Shown: one piece after another, positions 59,404 through 64,000 of the stretch
Position numbering within the stretch: position 1 is the stretch's first letter
Layout of the letters: each line of letters opens with the position of its first letter
NCBI RefSeq assembly: GCF_009914755.1
Contig: NC_060928.1
Source: the human T2T-CHM13v2.0 reference genome, Homo sapiens
Reading direction: 5' to 3' (one strand)
DNA: 64,000 nt
The notes under the pieces: generated by a model
Told to the model about the DNA's origin: nothing
Seen by the model: only the letters and a program-made list of their open reading frames with translations
The model's database searches: none
Translations under genes and position numbers: made by a program

Positions 59404-59837
59404 TGTTAAAGTTGAGGCTTAAATATGGCCTGAGAAGGACTCTGTATTTCTATATTTGAATCCTTTTAGATGAACTGCAGCGTAACTTACTAGGTAGACA
59501 AGATTGAAAACCTCACTTAGTAGTATGCACCTGTAACAATAGCTCAGTCTTGACCAATCCCAGCAACCGTACTTCAACCACTGATACACTGCTGAGTGTT
59601 CAAACTGTATTCAAATAAGGCAAATGCCAACCTGTAACCAATCCAGCTGTTTCTATACCTTACTTCTGATTTCTGTACATCACTTTACTTTTTTGTCTCT
59701 AAATTTGTTCTGACCATGAGGTACCCCTGGAGTCTCTCTGAATCTGCTGTGATCCTGGGGGCTTCCCAATTTGTGAATTGTTCATTGCTCAATTAAACTC
59801 CTTTAAATGTATTTTAGCTGAAGTTTTTCTTTTAACA
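59404..59837 (+). mobile_element. MER57-family ERV1 solo LTR
   Basis: TGTTAAA...TTTAACA ends; perfect 4-bp TSD agca; two CCAAT boxes and an ATTAAA signal. Confidence 0.88.
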
Positions 59838-59923
59838 AGCATAAATAGTTGTTTGGTTGAGGGGTTTTTGGATAACTGTGAGTTTTTCAATGTGAGTTTT
59901 TATGTAAGAAAAAAAGGTAATTT

Positions 59924-62900
59924 GGGAAGATAGCTGACTAGAAACAGCTCTTGGAGGCTCCCATTGAGAAGAACAAAAACAGAGTGAATCCTGCACTGGC
60001 AACTAAGGTATCCAGGTTCTCTCACTGGGACTGACTAGGCAGTTGGAGCGACCCATGGAAAGTGAGGAGAAGCAGGATAGAGTGATGGCCTACCCGGGAG
60101 GCACATGGGGCAAGGGGAGCTCCCACCCCCAGCCAAGGGATGTGGTGAGTGATTGTGCTACCTTGGCCAGGAAATCATGCTTAAAACATGGATCTGTGCA
60201 ACCTGACTTGTGCAGATTTTTAGTGGCTGCTTGGCTGAGACTGCCTAAGACTACTGAGTTCTGGCAGGAGGGGTGGCTGCCATCACTTTGGCTGCCTGTT
60301 GCCTAAGATGACTAAGCTCCTGAGGGTAGGGCTGGCAACCATCACTGCAGCTCCAGTCTGCAATTTTCCCCTGCCGATACTGGGAGACTGGGCAGTTTCA
60401 ACCCAGGAGGAATTCCCCACAGTGCAGCACAGTGGCTGTGGCAGACTGTGACCAGACTATTGCTTTAGGCCTGACCTGGATGCATCCCTCCTCATTGTGC
60501 AGGACCTCGCTGTGGAAATTTCAGCAACTCCAGCCAGGGGTTTATGGACAGGGCACTGATCTCCCTGGGATGGAGCCCCTGGGGGGAAAAGTGGCCATGG
60601 TCTCTGTGGATTAGCTGACTTAGTCTTTTTCCTTGCTGTCTCTGAGGAATCCGGGCACTCTGGACGAGTGGAACTCCCCCAGCACAGCGCACTCCCTCCT
60701 CCAAGGGGAAGCCAGAGTGCTTTGTTAAGTGGGTCTCTGATCCTGTGCCTCTTGACTCAGTAAGATGCCCCAACAGGGGTCACCAGATACCTTATACAGG
60801 AGTATTCCCACTGTCATCAGGTTGGTGCACCTCTGGGATGGAGCTCCCAGAGGAAGGAGCAGGCAGCCATCTTTGCTATTCTGCAGCCTCCACTGTGACA
60901 CCTCCAGGGGTAGAAGGGACCCAGGAGAACAGGGTCTGGAGTGGACCCCCAGCAAACCACAGCAGCCATATGGAAGAGGGGCCTGACTGTTAAAAGAAAA
61001 ATAAACAGGAAGCTACAACAACAGAATCAACAAAAAAGTCCCCACAAAAATCCCATCCAAAGGTCAGCAGCCTCAAAGATCAAAGCTAGATAAACTCAGG
61101 AAGATGAGAAAGAATCAATGAAACAATGCTGAAAACTCAAAAAGCCAGAGTGCCCTTCTCCTCCAAATGATCACAGCACCTCTCCAGCAAGAGCACAGAA
61201 CTGGGCTGAGGCTGAGATGGATGAACTGACAGAAGTAGGCTTCAGAAGATAGGTAATAACAAACTTCTCTGAACTAAAGGAGCATGTTCAAACCTAAAGC
61301 AAAGAAGCTAAGAACCATGATAAAACATTACAGGAGCAGTTAACCAGAATAACAAGTTTAGAGAGGAACATAAATGACCTGATGAAGCTGAAAAACACAA
61401 CATGAGAACTTCACAATGCAACCACAAGTATCAATAGCCAAATAGACCAAGTGGAGGAAAGAATTTCAGAGATTGAAGACATCTTTCTGAAATGAGACAG
61501 GCAACAAGATTAGAGAAAAAAGAATAAAAAGGAAATATGAAACCTCCAAGAACTATGGAATTATATAAAAAGACAAAACCTATGACTGATTGGGGTACCT
61601 GAAAGAGATGGGGAAGGAGGAACCTAGTTGGAAAACATACTCCAGGATATCATCCACAAGAACTTCCCCGGCCTAGCAAGATAGGTCAACATTGAAATTC
61701 AGGAAATCCAGAGAACCTAGTAAGATACCCCATGAGAAGATGAAACCCAAGACACATAACCATCAGATTCTCCAAGATTGTAATGAAGGAAAAAATATTA
61801 AGGGCAGCCAGAGAGAAAGACCAGGTCACCTACAAAGAGAAGACCATCAGAATAACAGTGGACCTCTCAGCAGAAACCCTACAGGCCAGAAGAGATTGAG
61901 GGCCAATATTTAACATTATTAATAAAAATAATTCCCAACCCAGAATCTCATATCCAGCTAAACTAAGCTTCAGAAGCGAAGGGGAAATAAAATCCTTTTC
62001 AGACAAGAAAATGCTGAGGGAAATCATTATCACCAGGCCTGCCTTGCAAGAGCTCCTGAAGAAAGCCTCAATATGAGAAGGAAAAACCATTACCAGCCAC
62101 TACACAAACACGTTGAAGTAACACACCATTGACACTATGAAGTAACTGCATCAACAAGTCTGCAAAATAACCAGCTAGCTTCATGATGACAGGGTCAAAT
62201 TCATACATAACAATATTAACCTTAAATGTAAATGGGCTAAATGCCCCAATTAAAAGACACAGAATGGCAAGCTGGATAAACAGTCAAGATCCATCAGTGT
62301 GCTGTATTCAAGAGACCCAGCTCATGTTCAAAGATACACATTGGCTTAAAATAAAGGGATAGAGGAAAAATCTACCAAGCAAATGGAAAGCAGAAAAAAG
62401 CAGAGGTTGCAATACTAGTTTCTGAGAAAAGAGACTTTAAACCAGCAAAGATCAAAGAAGACAAAGAAGGGCATTGCATAATGGTGAAGGGTTCAATTCA
62501 ACAGGAAGAGCTAACTATCTTAAATATATATGCACCCAATACAGGAGCACTCAGATTCATAAAACAAGTTCTTAGAGACCTGCAAAAAGACTTACAATTG
62601 TAGTGGGAGACTTTAACACCCCACTGTCAATATTAGAAAGATCATCAAGACAGAAAATTAACGAAGATATTCAGGACTTAAACTCAGCTCTGGTTCAAGC
62701 AGACCTGATAGATATCTACAGAACTGTCCACCCAAAATCAACACAAAATACATTCTTCTCAGTGCCACATGGCACGTACTCTAAAATTGATCACACAGTT
62801 GGAAGTAAAATATGCCTCAGCAAATGCAAAACAACTAAAATCATAAAAAAACAGTCTCTCAGACCACATAGCTCAATCAAATTAGAACTCAAGATTAAGA

Positions 62901-64000
62901 AACTCACTCAAAACCACACAACTATATGAAAATTGAACAACCTGCTCCTGAATGACTCCTGGGTAAATAATGAAATTAAGGCAGAAATCAATAAGTTTTT
63001 TGAAACCAATAAGAACAAAAAGACAGTGAACCAGAATCTCTGGGACACAGCTAAAGCAGTGTTAAGAAGGAAATTTATAGCACTAAATGCCCACATCAAA
63101 AAGCTAGAAAGATCTCAAGTTGACATCTTAATATTACAACTAAAAGAACTAGAGAACCAAGAGCAAACAAACTACAAAGCTAGCAGAAGATGAGAAATAA
63201 CCAAGATCAAAGCAAAACTGAAGGAAATAGAGACATGAAAAGAAACATAAAAAAATTAATGAATCCAGGATCTGGTTTATTGAAAAAAAGTAATGAAATA
63301 GATGGACTGCTAGCTAGACTAATAAAGAAGCAGAGAAAATCAAATCAACATAATACAGTATGCTAAAAAGGATAATACCACTGACCCCACAGAAATACAA
63401 ACAACCATCAGAGTACACCATAAGCACCTCTATACAAATAAACTAGAAAATCTAGAAGAAATGGATAAATTTCTGGACACATACACCCTCCCAAGACTGA
63501 ATCAGGAAGAAACTGAATCCCTGAATAGACCAATAATAAGTTCTGAGTTTGAGGCAGTAATAAATAGCTTACCAACCACAAAAAGCCCAGGAACAGATGG
63601 ATTTACAGCTGAATTCTACCAGAGGTACAAAGAGGAGCTGGTACCATTTCTTCTGAAACTATTCCAAACAATTGAAAAGGAGGAACTTCTCTGTAACTCT
63701 TTTTATGATACCAAAATCTGGCAGAGATACAACAACAAAAAAAGAAGGTAAAACTTCAGGCCAACATTCCTAATGAATATCAGTGCAAAAATCCTCAATA
63801 AAATACAGGCAAACTGAGTCCAGCAGCACATTAAAAAGCTTATCCACCATGATCAAGTCAGCTTCAACCCAGGGATGCAATGCTGGTTCAACATATGCGA
63901 ATCAATAAACGTAATTCATCACATAAACAGAACTAAAGACTAAAACCACATGATTATCTCAATAGACACAGAAAAGTTCTTCAATAAAGTTCAACATCCC
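59924..64000 (+). mobile_element. Older L1PA (about PA8-PA13) 5'UTR, ORF1 and 5' part of ORF2; runs off the window
   Basis: 5' end gggaagatagctgactagaa; ORF1 from ~61104; ORF2 ATG at 62186 (MTGSNS); many stops and frameshifts. Confidence 0.92.
62186..64000 (+). pseudogene. ORF2: L1 ORF2 5' part, disrupted
   Basis: [28 protein letters not shown] motifs in fragmentary ORFs. Confidence 0.92.

Overview
AT-rich human genomic DNA, intergenic or deep-intronic. The species call rests on a human-specific L1HS pre-Ta insertion. I recognise no host protein-coding exon, RNA gene or CRISPR array. The long ORFs are LINE-1 ORF1/ORF2 remnants and the other ORFs in the track are repeat-derived or chance. The window is dense in interspersed repeats: a full-length L1PA4-like element (minus), a 5'-inverted L1HS pre-Ta, the 5' part of an older L1PA running off the window, Alus, THE1/MLT/MER57 LTRs, ERVL internal fragments, L2, MIR and DNA transposons. 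Subfamily names are from memory of consensus sequences and need RepeatMasker/Dfam confirmation. The most notable structure is (i) a 232-bp L1 3' transduction with its own AATAAA, A-tail and TSD, (ii) a twin-primed pre-Ta L1HS, and (iii) several local templated rearrangements. Group (iii) comprises a ~100-bp-arm palindrome, a 77-bp copy preserving the empty pre-insertion site of a THE1 LTR, a micro-inversion with both breakpoints duplicated, and an 86-bp copy of a MER20 end plus flank. I cannot support a new biological system from sequence alone.
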